From the NCBI GenBank assembly GCA_012295275.1, contig CM022673.1, positions 23,994,001 to 24,058,000 of the forward strand: a stretch of DNA of 64,000 nucleotides, read 5' to 3'. The translations under genes and the position numbers were made by a program. The notes beneath the pieces were generated by a model. That model worked only from the letters and a program-made list of their open reading frames with translations. It searched no databases and was not told the origin of the DNA. This document shows, one piece after another, positions 13,420 to 26,200 of the stretch. The DNA is from Chrysomallon squamiferum. Its lineage: Eukaryota; Animalia; Mollusca. Positions within the stretch are counted from its first letter, which is position 1. Each line of letters opens with the position of its first letter.

Positions 13420-14234
13420 GTTTTGGGGACTGTTTAAGCAGTTATGATAGAACATCAACCGAAAATAAGGAAATCTACAATTCTATTCATTAAAGTTTTA
13501 AATAACAGCAGTAACGTTTGCATTATAATCACATACTTTAAATATAATCATCTTATAATTATTGTAATATATAAAATGTTAATTATACATTTAAATATCT
13601 GATAACTGGTTATAAAGTGTAAGAAGTTGATTATGAATGTTTAACATTTCAGTCTCTGGTTCTGAAGCATGTCAACACAGGGTTGTGTCTAGGAAAACCT
13701 TTACCCACCGATAAAGAAATTCCATCTTTAGGTAAACAAAGTTTTCTTTATGTTAAAACTTGATTTGTACTGGGAACTCAGATTTTAGCTCAGAAATAAA
13801 CTTGAAGAACAAAACTGTGAGAATTGTTCAGTTAAAAACTAAACCATGCTCAAGTCAGTTGTTGTGACTGGCTTACAAAAGTACATGGTATGTGCTGCCA
13901 TGTTTATGGGAATATGGATTTGTAAAAATACTTGCTGATGGGTAAAAAGATTATCTCATTCTGTTCTATGAATAGTCTTCCTCTAATATGGTACCATAAA
14001 GCAAAAAAATAGTAATGAAAAAAACTTATAATAATTTTTAATGAAAATAACTTATAATAACTTTTAATATTAACATTTTCGCAAACATATCTCTTGTGTA
14101 AAATCATAATTAAAGAATGTACATAGCTGGTTTCTTTTCTGTAATGTAAAAGTGACAACTGATTTCTTGCAGGGCCATGTAAGGGAGATGCAGGTCAGCA
14201 GTGGATTCTCTCTGACATGAAGTGGAACAACTGA
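59..14234 (+). CDS. GALNT1: Polypeptide N-acetylgalactosaminyltransferase, GALNT1/GALNT13 (PGANT5-like) subfamily. Exons: 59-260, 1955-2126, 2675-2847, 5305-5409, 6813-6915, 7618-7788, 8146-8263, 8516-8696, 9100-9239, 9477-9575, [10394-10528 or 11660-11791], 13653-13731, 14173-14234; ~579 aa
   Basis: Type II signal-anchor ([20 protein letters not shown]), [37 protein letters not shown], metal-binding FLDAHCE (DxH), [35 protein letters not shown], and a ricin lectin with CIDTMG...CHGMGGNQ. All introns are GT-AG with consistent phases; TGA at 14232-14234. GALNT1 vs GALNT13 cannot be resolved (vertebrate paralogs). Confidence 0.95.
1579..1643. repeat. (TC)n microsatellite, next to a (TACA)n tract
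   Basis: Directly visible dinucleotide run. Confidence 0.95.
5497..5752. repeat. Minisatellite, ~44-bp unit (CACATCACATCACACAACTTGCCACATCACAATACACAACCAGC)
   Basis: About 5-6 tandem copies; explains the three overlapping H/T/Q-rich ORFs. Confidence 0.9.
5930..6235. repeat. Minisatellite, ~29-bp unit (CAATTATACTTCAGTTTTATCACATACAG)
   Basis: About 10 degenerate tandem copies in GALNT intron 4. Confidence 0.9.
10394..10528 (+). CDS. GALNT lectin beta-subdomain exon, variant A ([45 protein letters not shown])
   Basis: tttcag acceptor, GAG/gtattg donor, 135 nt, phase 0-0; canonical CLD...CHG.GGNQ ricin motif. Confidence 0.9.
11660..11791 (+). CDS. GALNT lectin beta-subdomain exon, variant B ([44 protein letters not shown])
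   Basis: catcag acceptor, CAG/gtagaa donor, 132 nt, phase 0-0; aligns with variant A (VF..T.KK...TDD.LC....G.V....C.......W) and keeps both cysteines. Confidence 0.8.
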
Positions 14235-14289
14235 GCACATCGTGTCATCATGAAATCTGTAATGTACACTTTAGTCCGTGTGGGTTCAC

Positions 14290-14540
14290 TTTCTCAGAAA
14301 TGTCATCCTGGTTTCTGAGAAATTTAGCCCATAAACGTTTTATAGAAATATATTTAGATTTGGGATTCTGAGAAAATCTGGGTCTGGGATTCCGAGAAAA
14401 TATTGGATTTGGAATTTAGCAAGTTATGTGAATTAGTTTTTAGTATAATTATTTGGTATGATAAAGTGAGAAATATGCTGACTTGATTTCTGAGAAATGG
14501 GAATCAGAGAAATGTGTCGGAAGAGGGATTCTGAGAAATA
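14290..14540. repeat. Degenerate GGGATTCTGAGAAAT repeat in the GALNT 3' UTR, containing six TTCnnnGAA motifs
   Basis: TTCTCAGAA at 14291; TTCTGAGAA at 14313, 14366, 14488 and 14529; TTCCGAGAA at 14390. Confidence 0.7.
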
Positions 14541-17500
14541 TGCATTGTGAGGAATTCTGTGATTTATTTCTGTGATTCTCTTTGACAATCTTTAAAGCCA
14601 CAAGTCTGAAAGAAATTTAAAATACACTGTTAATTTTACTAGCATGAAAATACTGTGATGTGTAGCTATATGTATAAACAGTATAATTATAAAATTGTTA
14701 AATTTTGTATAATGTACATAAAAGATTTGAAATTAGTTCCATCATTTACATTTGTTTGATATTCGTTCAGTAATTAAAATAATTAGATTTTCCATTGAAT
14801 TTGAACCAAAAAGAAATGTAATTAGAAGGTACTATAAAAAGATTAACGATATAATATTAAAAAATATATTAACTGAATAACTGTGGCTTTGAAATACTTA
14901 GTATATTTTTCTATATTGGAAACATTTATGTTGATCTCTTGAAACAATTGACAAAAATACTGTAAATTTAAAACATCTTGTTTTTATCTAAGATTGTTAA
15001 TTGTCTATTTAAAATGGTATACACCTTTTCATAGCTAACTGACAATTATTTATTTTATATGTTTACACACACACTTTCATCTAGATTGTTTTATTATAAT
15101 TATTTTTATTATTTTTATTATTATTTAATTGTTATCATCATCATTATTATTATTATTTTATTATTATTATTATTATTATTATTATATTGTTGATTATTAT
15201 TGTTTATTTCTAATCACACACACACATACAGACACGTATATATTACAGAAATCTGAAGTTTCTCTATTGTTTTGTCATGTTAACAGCTATGAATTAAGAA
15301 ATCATAGTGCTTTGCTAATTGTCTTGTTTGAACTTGTGATATTATTGAAAACAAGAAATTTTTCTCTTTTTAGACAAGTTATTTAGAATATATATTTTTT
15401 TTTTTTTTTTTTAAACAAATAAGAAGAGATGAATTTCATTACAGTCACTGATTTACAAGAGTTTTGTTAAATACACATATTTATTTATTTATTATATACT
15501 ATTAATACTATTAATATATTTTTTTTTATTACTGTTATTTAACACATTTTGTTATTTATTTTTAGTGTTGGACTTATTATACTTTTATAAATCAGGAACA
15601 TTATTTATATGGGGAAAATAGTTTTTACCAGGTTCTGCTTATGTTTCATTATATTTCTTTTTTCTTTTCTTTTTTTTTTTCTTTTCAACTTCAGAATTGA
15701 AGTTACTGTTGTCATATGTGTGGAATCTGATGTGAAACGGTGAAATTTTTCTCTTTGTTTTCACACAAATTTCCTTTTGTGAAATCTGTAGAATCTGAAA
15801 CAGTGAATGTGTTTGTTTTTTCGTACAAAGTGCCTAATGTTAAATATACCTCAGTGTTTATCTCAGTTGTAATGTATATATATATATGTTGTAATTCACT
15901 GAGATTAGAGTGTGATCTGAAAACAGAACACAGAAATCAAATCATCCACTTGGTCACATTTATCTAATCAACTTCACTCTGAGAAATATTTTGTCATTTA
16001 AAAATTTAAAAATAAATTTTTATAAACCGATCAAGAAAACGGAAACACAAATTTGTGTTGTTTTCTGGAAAATCAGCCTAGGTAGGTTGAAGTGTTTTAT
16101 TAGCAACAAAAGCCAGTGAGTATAAAATACTGATAGAAACAGAAAATTAACAGAATTATGTTTTTATATTTTATGACATTATTTTCAACTTTTCTATCAG
16201 AAAATGAAAATAAATGCATGTTATTAATAAATACATGTGTACCAAAGATGATAAATTAAACATGTCATTGTAAATTGTTGTGGTTTACAAAATAATTTAT
16301 ATTAGTTGTTGGTGGTAGGTACCAATGTGTAGTAACAACAGTATTTGATTAATAAAGATGTAATTGTCTTGTAACTGTGAGATAGATAACAAGCACTTAG
16401 TGGAAGAGAATTATGTTACTAATCAAAATTTTGTGGGTGTGTGAATTAATGTAAAGCTTTCTTATGTATATTTGATCTTAATATGCAAATGATGTGAGAT
16501 CAGTGAAATTCACATGTATGTTCGTTTTTTTTAAACAATCACTAATATTAATTATTTGAAGTTTTGTTTTCATATTAATTTATTTTTAATTTATTTAAAA
16601 ACAACATTTGCATGTTTCATGATAATATTGTTATTTATGGTTAATATAGTCAAATAAAATAATAATACAACTGTTATTGATTTAATGGCATCTCCATGAA
16701 AACATATCTACAAATTTTGTCAACATTTAATTATAAGAAAATAATTATTGATAGTACCACATGAAAGAAATACTATTTATTTTGTATATTTTAATATTAA
16801 TGAGACTAATATTTGTTGTACATATAAATCGTGACCCCAGTTTACAAAACCTAGCTTACAAACCACTCAAAGTTTCACCTTGCTTGTTATATCAAGAGTT
16901 AATGGCAGAGAAATGAGTCGTTGTACATTTTGTTAAACATTTACTGAAAATGAAACCTTGTTATTGTAACAGAAAGTCTTAACAATCTGGGAGACAGGAC
17001 CTTAATTTACAAAATCTCTCAGTTTAAAACTTGCAGTGCACAACATTTCTTTTATCCGAGAAAATTTATAATATCCCACTTACTCAGTGTTTTTCCCCTT
17101 CTGAATCTAAAAGTGAAATGATGTCGCCAAATTATATTACATGACAGTTGAGTGGACTGGGAATTTAACACCTTTCAGCTGTGTTATACAGTCATTGACA
17201 GTATGTCTATGTTACCTCAGAGTTACCCAGTGTTTGTGACTGTTGGCATTTTAAAAAAAGAAGAAAAAGGTTCAGATATTTGTAAGAACTTTGTGAATGA
17301 TTTGTTCTGATACTGAAAAAGCATTTGTGTATCAATATAAAATCCTTTATTAGATCAGTAACATGTAAATATAATATACCTGCTACTTAATAAGCTTGTA
17401 GAAAAAGAGAAAAAAACCAACATATTTTCAAACATTATTATATTAACTTTTATGTATTTATTGTAACACTCAGAATTCCAGTCTCATCATATTTGTATTT

Positions 17501-18439
17501 TCATAACAGTAAACATAGTATTTATTTACTCAACTGCTTTATTAAGCACATTTAGGCTTTACTGGCTGAGATCTTGCTTTTTCAATCATTATAATTTTTA
17601 TATATGATGGCTTATATTTGTTTTCATTCAGTATTTCCAAACTTAATAAAAAAAATAATAAGAATAATTATAATACAAAAGAATAATATTAATTTAATTA
17701 TCTTTCTTTACCAAAGAATTTTCATTTATGCTCAGCAATATTTAAAGTGATTCAGTATGTTTTTTTATTTTTATTTATTATTATTTCAAAAGTATGAGAA
17801 GGTTAAACAGTGTACACATATAATCTTAAGATGAATTATTATTATTATAAAATGCCTTAAGTATAATAGAATAATTTATCTTATTTTTGACTATTACATC
17901 TGATTATTTTTATGTTTGTATATAATGCATATTATTGCTAGGTTTACAGAAGTGAATATTTAAAACAACAAAGTTCAGTTTATAAACAGATATACTGTAT
18001 AAACTTTATAAATAACTACATAATTTTTTGTTGTTGTTTTTTGTCTTTTAAAGAGTGGTATTATTTGTATACGAGCATTCAGTGCAGCAGGGGAAAAATA
18101 TCTAGCATTTGACTATTAAAAATGAAACAAGTAAGATTTGTTGTTCTTTTTTTTAACTTTTGATAATATGACATTATTGACAAACTTTCCTTTATTTATT
18201 TATATAATCAGTTTTCTTTAAAGGACTAAAGATTGTGAGACTACAATTAAATAGTAACATTCAAGTCTAGACAACACATACAAGTTGTTCTTTGCAAGTC
18301 TTGAATCTAGAGTCATCCTTTACTTAATTAAATTTTATTTTCAAGCCTTTCACATTTACTGCATTTTGTGAATGTCATAATACCATCAAAAATCAAGAAT
18401 AAAAGAAATACAAGGTGATTATTATTAAATCTTTTTTAT

Positions 18440-18835
18440 TGTTCTCATCTCGGACAATATTAAGATTTGATAATTTAATGAATGTCATAAATATCATGAA
18501 GCTGAAGGTAGAGTTATTGTGGTTGTTTACATCCTTATTAATGAAGATATTGCTCAGAATATAGTTCAGTTAAATACTAATTTACAGGTCACAGCTCATA
18601 AAACTGTTACTCTGTGTTTGGTATATTTATCTCCTTGCAGACATTTTAATTTTAAACCCTTGAATCTTCAGCATCTCTTTCACCAACTTTCAGCACCTTT
18701 TGTAGTGGTGGGAGATTTAAGTGGTCATGACACATACTGGGAATGTGAGAAGGTAAATATTAGAACTAAACAATTAGAAGACTTGATTCTCATAAATGTC
18801 ATTATTTAATGACATACGTATTTTAAGCCTGCAGT
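18440..18835 (+). mobile_element. Decayed non-LTR retrotransposon (LINE, I/Jockey-like group) apurinic endonuclease fragment
   Basis: Translation ILINEDIAQNIVQLNTNLQVTAHKTVTLCLVYLSP...QLSAPFVVVGDLSGHDTYWECEKVNIRTKQLEDLI resembles the EEP endonuclease motifs (xYxPP, GDFNxH..WG, N.RG..LE.LI) of LINE ORF2. The motifs are mutated and the ORF is truncated. Confidence 0.8.
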
Positions 18836-19670
18836 TGTCTCTTTTAAAGTAGGTCCTCCTTTGTGGTAGTGACTTCTTCAAATTTTGTCATTAAGAGGTT
18901 TAATTAAGAGCCTTAAATTTTAGCATTTTTGTATTATATTATAAACAGACTGTTGTTTCATTGTTACCAAACTGTAATTATAATTGTGAAAATGTCACAA
19001 GTTGTGTTGGTTTTTTTATGTGTTATTTTTAATCAGTGTGACTGAATGGTGAAGAATATCTCATTTTTCAATAATGAAATGCAGTCTTGCAGTTTTCTCA
19101 ATTTCCTGTTTTAACTTCTTATAGCACAAAAGTTCTTGTCAGTAGTAATCTGCAAATGGTGTCACAGGGTCATTATATTCATAAGTAATAAAATTTCCAG
19201 CAGAAAGTTTATAAAATTGTAGAAATCGATTTAAAGGTGTTTTAACTCTGTATTGCATGTATTTAGGAGTTTCAGTGTTTTGGTTAACAGTTTTGTAGTA
19301 ACTTTTAAAATTCGGCTCAGTTTCCATCATTAGTGAAAAACAGTATAATAGCTGTTGCTTTGACTTTGTATTAAACTAAATATTAACCTAATTTTAATTT
19401 ATGGCTTTTCATTAAGTTGGTTTCACTCCATGTTTTAAGAAACATTGACAAATACTAACTAAACGCAGTCTTAGACTGTCACTATGTTAGAATGTAAGAC
19501 ATCATCCTGCCTTTCTAAACATTTTATTTCCTCTCATGTCAGACACTTGTTGAAGCTGCATTTGTGATTCTAGAAGAGGAAATAACTCTGTATATAAATA
19601 GCAAACATCTTTCAAAAGTTTATTACTCTGGAAATCAGAACTGTAATGTTTCATACTTTTCTGACCGAAA

Positions 19671-19702
<32 letters not shown>

Positions 19703-20120
19703 GTAAAAAAAAAGATAACTTTCAAGGTATTGCATTTTGTAAAATGTAATATGCTGAAAATTGAAACATACTTTATTTTTAAAATATATCTAAGTTAGTT
19801 TTAAACATAAAAAGTGATGTAGTCATGTTGGAATGAAAGCCAAGAAAAACAAAACCCTGTGTGATTATACACAAACAGAAAATGACAATTTTTTTTTTTT
19901 TTTTTTTTTAAGATACATTAACAATATAGGTGTTTGTGGAAACTAAAGGCACAAATCACACTTAGTTTATATCTAATATAAGTAGCAATTACTTCACTGA
20001 GGTGAAAAATTCTTTCCAACAATGATTACAGATGGGCTCATCATTAACACAAAAACAAAATTAATACTCTAACAAAAATAATTTTAAAAGTGCTTTTTAG
20101 AAGACAATTTCTAATTATAG

Positions 20121-20155
<35 letters not shown>

Positions 20156-20593
20156 CTTAAGAACCAGTATATTTCAGTGGGTATATATAGAAAAGAAAAG
20201 GCAACAGATTACATCTTGAAACATTTTTAATGACATCTTGTTACATTATTTGAAAAAAGACTGCAGATATGAAGAGATGAGTAAGTAAGCTGTTTAGAAT
20301 TACAAATGGGGAGTATGCTGAGAAATGTTTTTTGTTATATGCAACAAAATTCACCATCAACAATACCATGAATAAAAACAGATAAATTTAAAAATTGGGA
20401 ATTTTTTTATAGATCTAAAAACAAGTGCATTTTAACAAGAAGTAGTTAGAACTTTTAATACTGATTCCAGAGATATACATTTAAAAAAACCAAACACTTT
20501 TTATACATAAAATTCTGTACCAAACAATAAAAATTCTCATTTTAAAAACAAATTTGAAATAAAACCATTTTTAAATGTTGCCCTTAAAGACAA

Positions 20594-20638
<45 letters not shown>

Positions 20639-21138
20639 AGGATAAATTTATTCCACATCTTGAAAAATATCTTACTTGTTAGTAAACCTTATGAAATTTG
20701 AAAATGGATGTCTTTTATTCAATAAGGCACAGTCTGTAAATGTATCAGTGAAAATGAAAAACTGCAGTAATTTTAAGACTAATCTTTGACATGTTTATGA
20801 TAATAAAAAACCCACCCAAAACAGACCAGTACAGACATATAGAATCTGAACAGACTAACGCCATAAAAGTTCATCATTTAAGTATAATTATCTAAAAGAG
20901 AAAGAAAAGAAAAAAAATATTATTTGTAAGGATCTAATTATGTGCCTTTCTTTATACATGGATAGGTTTATCTCCAGATAACCACTGAAGTGCATTGTGT
21001 ATTTCATTAAAAAGAAACCGCTAGGTTACTGTAAAAACCTCAGATGTAATAAATGCTGCAACAAAATAAACTGGTAACACCAAGCTTGTGGAAGAACATA
21101 AAATTAACTCAGCTGAAGTTACCTTAATGGACTGCAAA

Positions 21139-21174
<36 letters not shown>

Positions 21175-23220
21175 TATGTACACATGGGTTAATGAATGAA
21201 ATCTGTTTCCAATATATAAACACAAAATTAGACTTCTGATCGTTTCAGGAAATATTATTTACAAAGGCAAAGAAAACAGATTCAAAAACAGTATGTACAA
21301 ATCTGGTGTAGTATCTACATACACAACCATCAGTTACCTGACATTTACTGTTTAGCCAGTACACTCTTTATAGTAAATATTAATAGAAAAGAATCCTGGG
21401 AACATATCCAGTGCTTACTGAATGCTGCTGATGTGGCCAAAAATTGCAATTCTGAAACCTTTGTCAGTATGTATGTTGCAGCATTATGGCCCCAGTGTTA
21501 GTCACGTTTATAAAGACTGCTTGAGTATGATGCAAAAAATAACAAAGTAGCCAAGAATACAAAGACTGACAAAGAATAGATTTAATCAACTTTTGACTTT
21601 CTTAGAAACTGAGAAATGAACATAAAATTGTACTTATTTTAATTACATTATTATTATTTTAAATACAAAATCTGCTTGGTTTTTACTTAGTGAATAATCA
21701 TTAATATGCACATACACAACTATATTGTTTTTGTAAACATTATTACTATCAGTCCTAACAGTTATTAATAATTAAAAATGATAATAATAACAATAATATC
21801 TATATTATATTTTTGTAAAATTTATATTTATAATGATCATAAATATTAAGTGTGTAAAAATTTAATTTAGAAAAAAATATATAGTAATAATATAGGAAAA
21901 ATGTTTCCCAAACTATTTTTAAACAAGAAGTTATATTCATGGCCTTCCAACCATTATTTAACATGAACCCACAATAATGTCAGCTTTATTTTGAATCCAT
22001 TTACTGCTTACATTATTATCTAATAGCATATCTTTAGTTAATGAATAACTCGACCAAACAAAACGTTTCTTTTCAAAACGGAAGATATTAAACAATTGCA
22101 AGGAGCAACAAATGTAGACTTATGAAAAAAAAAATACAAAGGTTTCTAAACAAAGTGATGAAGATAAGTATTTTCCTTTGAGGTAGTAATATCACTGATC
22201 TACATAAAACCACAGGCAACAGAAAATAACTTTTTTCAAACATGATTATGAATACTGAAGAACAAAAGTATCTGAATTAAGCTGGTGATGTTGCTCTAAA
22301 CAATCATGTAGAGAGTGACACTAAGAAACATTTCTTCACTATTTTGAAACATTTCAAAACAAACAGTCCATACCGTAAAACATCTACTGAAAAACAAACT
22401 CAACAACAGAAAGGATGAATGTTTTCAAAAACTAACTTAAACATTTTGTTAAAGATTACAGTAATCTTTTGGTTTGGAAACGCAAGAGAAATTTCTCTCT
22501 ATCTGCCATCTTTACTCCTGAATGCAACATAAGAATAGCAATTGCAGAGAAAAACAAACTTGTGTTGTTCATACTAAAAATGTTCTTGTATGTAAACAAC
22601 ATAATGAATTCAAATTCAAGTTCACACAAAATACTATCTGTTGTGAAATTATTTCTTATTTTTGTGTCTACCTCTGCACAAAGGAGATACTAGCTGTTTT
22701 CCAATGCTGCTGAAACAAGCAAAATTAAGAGAGAACTTTGAATGTCATAAATGAGTTCTGTGCAGACAGTTTTGTTCAGAAGCAGCAAGTTGTAATGTTC
22801 AAAACGTTTCTGACATCTACCACACAAAGTTCAGCAGAAAAAAGAAATAGATGAATTATGTCAGAAGAAGAGAGATGATCAATGAAGCTGGGACCAGTGA
22901 CAATATAATCCACTGTAGTTGTTTTATTTACAATGAATAACATCTTTGCAATGCACATCTCATCAAATAGCACTATAGATGCCAAGTCTTTTTATTTTGT
23001 CTGGAGATTGCAATGTGCTGCATTTCACACCAAACTCAGTCAACCGTTGGGAAAACGTTCTACAAAAAGGTCACGTAAAAGCAAAGTACTGCTTTATCAC
23101 CATCAAGACTATTAATCCTGTGAACACAACGTACACTCGAGTCAACACTGGGCGGAAGGGAACAAGTTCTTCTTGGGTTAAGACCTGCTCAAGTTAACAG
23201 TTATAGTTTTCATTCCAACT

Positions 23221-26200
23221 TCAGCCATCATTCTGACAATATAGTTCTTTCAAAGCTTTCAGCTCTTCTATTAATGTCTTGTTTTGATTCTCTAACACTG
23301 CCACCCTGTTCTCCAGACACCGCACATATTCCTTTTTCTTCAGTCGACACTCCCTGGCTGCCTCCCTGACAATAGAAATAATAAACACTAATTCACTCAT
23401 TCAGATTATTCACTATTTTGTTTTTTATACTATGTAAATGATGTAACAAAGATTATGGAATTTGATTTAAAAATACAGTATATCAAACTTTAAAATATTA
23501 TCCAGTGTAAAGAAAATATACATAGGTAAAGTCAAAGAAAGAATGCACTTCATGAGAAATGTTTTCTTTTTATTATTAACGTATTTTACACAAAAGATGT
23601 AAAATGGAATATTAAAAATGATAAAAATTAAAATAATTCTAATTCATACACACACAGGAACACTTTGCATAGAAGCTGACCTCTTGTGAACTATTCAACT
23701 TAAATGATAAACAAAACCATTTTATGCAGATTATTTGCAGAATGCATTTTTTATTCATTTAAAAAACAAAAATATTTGCACAGATTTTGTTATTTACATA
23801 CAAACAAGTTATACAGTGTGTTCATTTAAAATAATAAAGAACTATAATCTCTATCCTGTCCAACCATTGCTAATTACACTTTTACAAAGAACAGATAGAG
23901 TAGGTACTTGTATTTTTTTATAAATAAGTCATATATCCAAGCATGATGTGTGGTAAGTTATAAAACATAAAGACAGAGATCATGCTTTTGTACATCTATA
24001 AAAAAACTGGGCTGTCTGAATTATATCCATTATGAAGTGGTGATCTTTTCAGCATAGAATAATTTTTAAGAAGTCATTTTTCACTGATACAACTGTGTCT
24101 GATGCTGTAAATTTATAACAGAAAAATGTTTGTTTTATACTTTTTCATAAAGGAAAAGAAAACTGTTTCCAAAAATTTGAGAAAAAAGTCAAATACGGAA
24201 TCTTCTTATTCTGTTTAATAACTGAAAACTTTAATAAATATTTGTAAAAATTGTTGTTATTTATTCATCCTGTTGACAATAAAGTTCTTTTAAAGTTTTC
24301 AGCTCCTGTATTAAAGTTTTGTTCTGATCTTCCAGCATTGCCACTCGATTTTCCAAACACTCAATAAAACGTTTCTTTCTCCCTCGACATTTATGAGCTG
24401 CATCTCTAAAGAAAGAAAAACTCAGATAAAAATTTGTTTACGACTGCCAAAACTGTTTTATATAATATTATTATTATTTAAGCATCAATGAAAAACAGAT
24501 TTTCTATAATACAATTGCTACTTCCTGTCCAGCACTTTAAGACTAAACTATATTTATTAACCTATTTTACAACTGGAATTATTCTGCTTTAACAGTTGAC
24601 AAACTTCTAATCATTTTTTAACTTTAGAATTTGAAAAATCTAACAAGAAAAAAAGGAAAAACAAAGGATTGAACAGATTTGTATAATTCAATTAATTACT
24701 TTTAATTAAATCAGTCATTTCAGTTCCTTACAAATTAATATTTTTATTTCATAGAGTAAAAACAAATTTAGGTGTTGTAGATGTTTCAGAGAAAGGTAAA
24801 GTATAAATATATATATTTACCTTATCACAGAAAACATCAGTGAAAGCTTCTATTGGTCCCAAAAACATGACCGTTTCCTCAATATTCTTGTAATGTTTTC
24901 TTCACATCACAAAATGCAAAGCTAATCTATCAGACAAATTATAATTTACTTCTAAAATAAAAAAGAAATTGTAAACAAATTTCAGAGCAGTAACTGAAAC
25001 AGATTCACATGAGGTCAGCTAAGTGTTCACTGGAGGCCCCTGTCTGTTATTCACGTGTAAGTAACTAACCTGTTTTTCAAAAGTCTCAGTTCTCGTTTCC
25101 TAGATGCTTCTTCTCCGTGGCCACCTGAACTCTGGATAGGACTGCCTGCACCAGCTACGACAACACCCTGAGGAAGTGCACCTGCTGTAGCTATCTGATA
25201 GGCCTGGACACTAGTTCCACCAACAGCCACTGTTAACAAACAAGAATAGATCTCTCGTGACAGCTGTAGTCAAATTTTATCTGATATCATCTTTTAATTA
25301 CTGTCTACCATTTGAATAATGTCTAAAATAATTATTAGTTTATACCATTATGCTAGTTAATTTTTACCAAATATTTAAACTTATTATAGTCTGAGCAATA
25401 TACTGTTATATGAAAATATATCCAAATATCTTAACAGAAAGCAGTAACCAAAGAATATTTTTCTTTTTCTTTTTAAAATGACTTAGAGAGTTAGGAGTTG
25501 AAAGAAAGACTTTATTTAAGTAAGAAAGTAAATTAAAAAGAAAACTGTGGACTCTTTCCAATTACAAAGACTGCCTGAACCTGTCACAGTGTGGAGAACC
25601 TAGCATTAAATAATCTCACCCGTGCCTGGGATATAAAATTGGCCATCTGGCCCTTGAGCATACTGAACAATTGTTGCCCCAGCATTGGTTGTCGCGGTAG
25701 CTGAGTTACTCATTGTCAATGTCTGCAGACCCTGGGACACTGCCACACCTTCAGGATGGGTGGTTATCTGTATAGCTCCTGATGGTAACACTGATTAAAC
25801 ACAAAATTACATTTGAAATAATAATTACACATTGAAGCCAGTGTCAGACAAAATCCACAAACATCATTTCATATAATTAATAAAACACTGTAGTGATATT
25901 TGTTGTTTGTTGTTTTTTTTTCAAAAAGAAAAAAAAAGTGATTATTTTTGAAACTGTAACACCTGTGATAAATTGTTGAAGATTTTTCAGTGATCATCTT
26001 GTAGAACATAAATTCTACTCAGAAGCAACCTGACACTAAGATGTATTTATGTCATCACTACTAACCTGAACTAAGTGAATAATGACAAGTACGGTTATTA
26101 CTATCATACCATGTCTGATTCATTCAAATAACCAAAATAATTATTATTTCTTAACACCTTTTTAAAAATAAAAAATAAAATGCATAAAACACTGATCACA

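Noticed and set aside
23341-23346. Arg-to-Leu in CREB ECRLKKK looked like the dominant-negative K-CREB mutation
   Set aside because: The invariant base-contacting Arg (R301 equivalent) is intact; the Leu is at the next position.
25620-25627. Alternative GC donor 6 nt inside CREB1 exon 5 (CCAG/gcacgg)
   Set aside because: Poor match to the GC-donor consensus; the downstream G/gtgaga is canonical and in phase.
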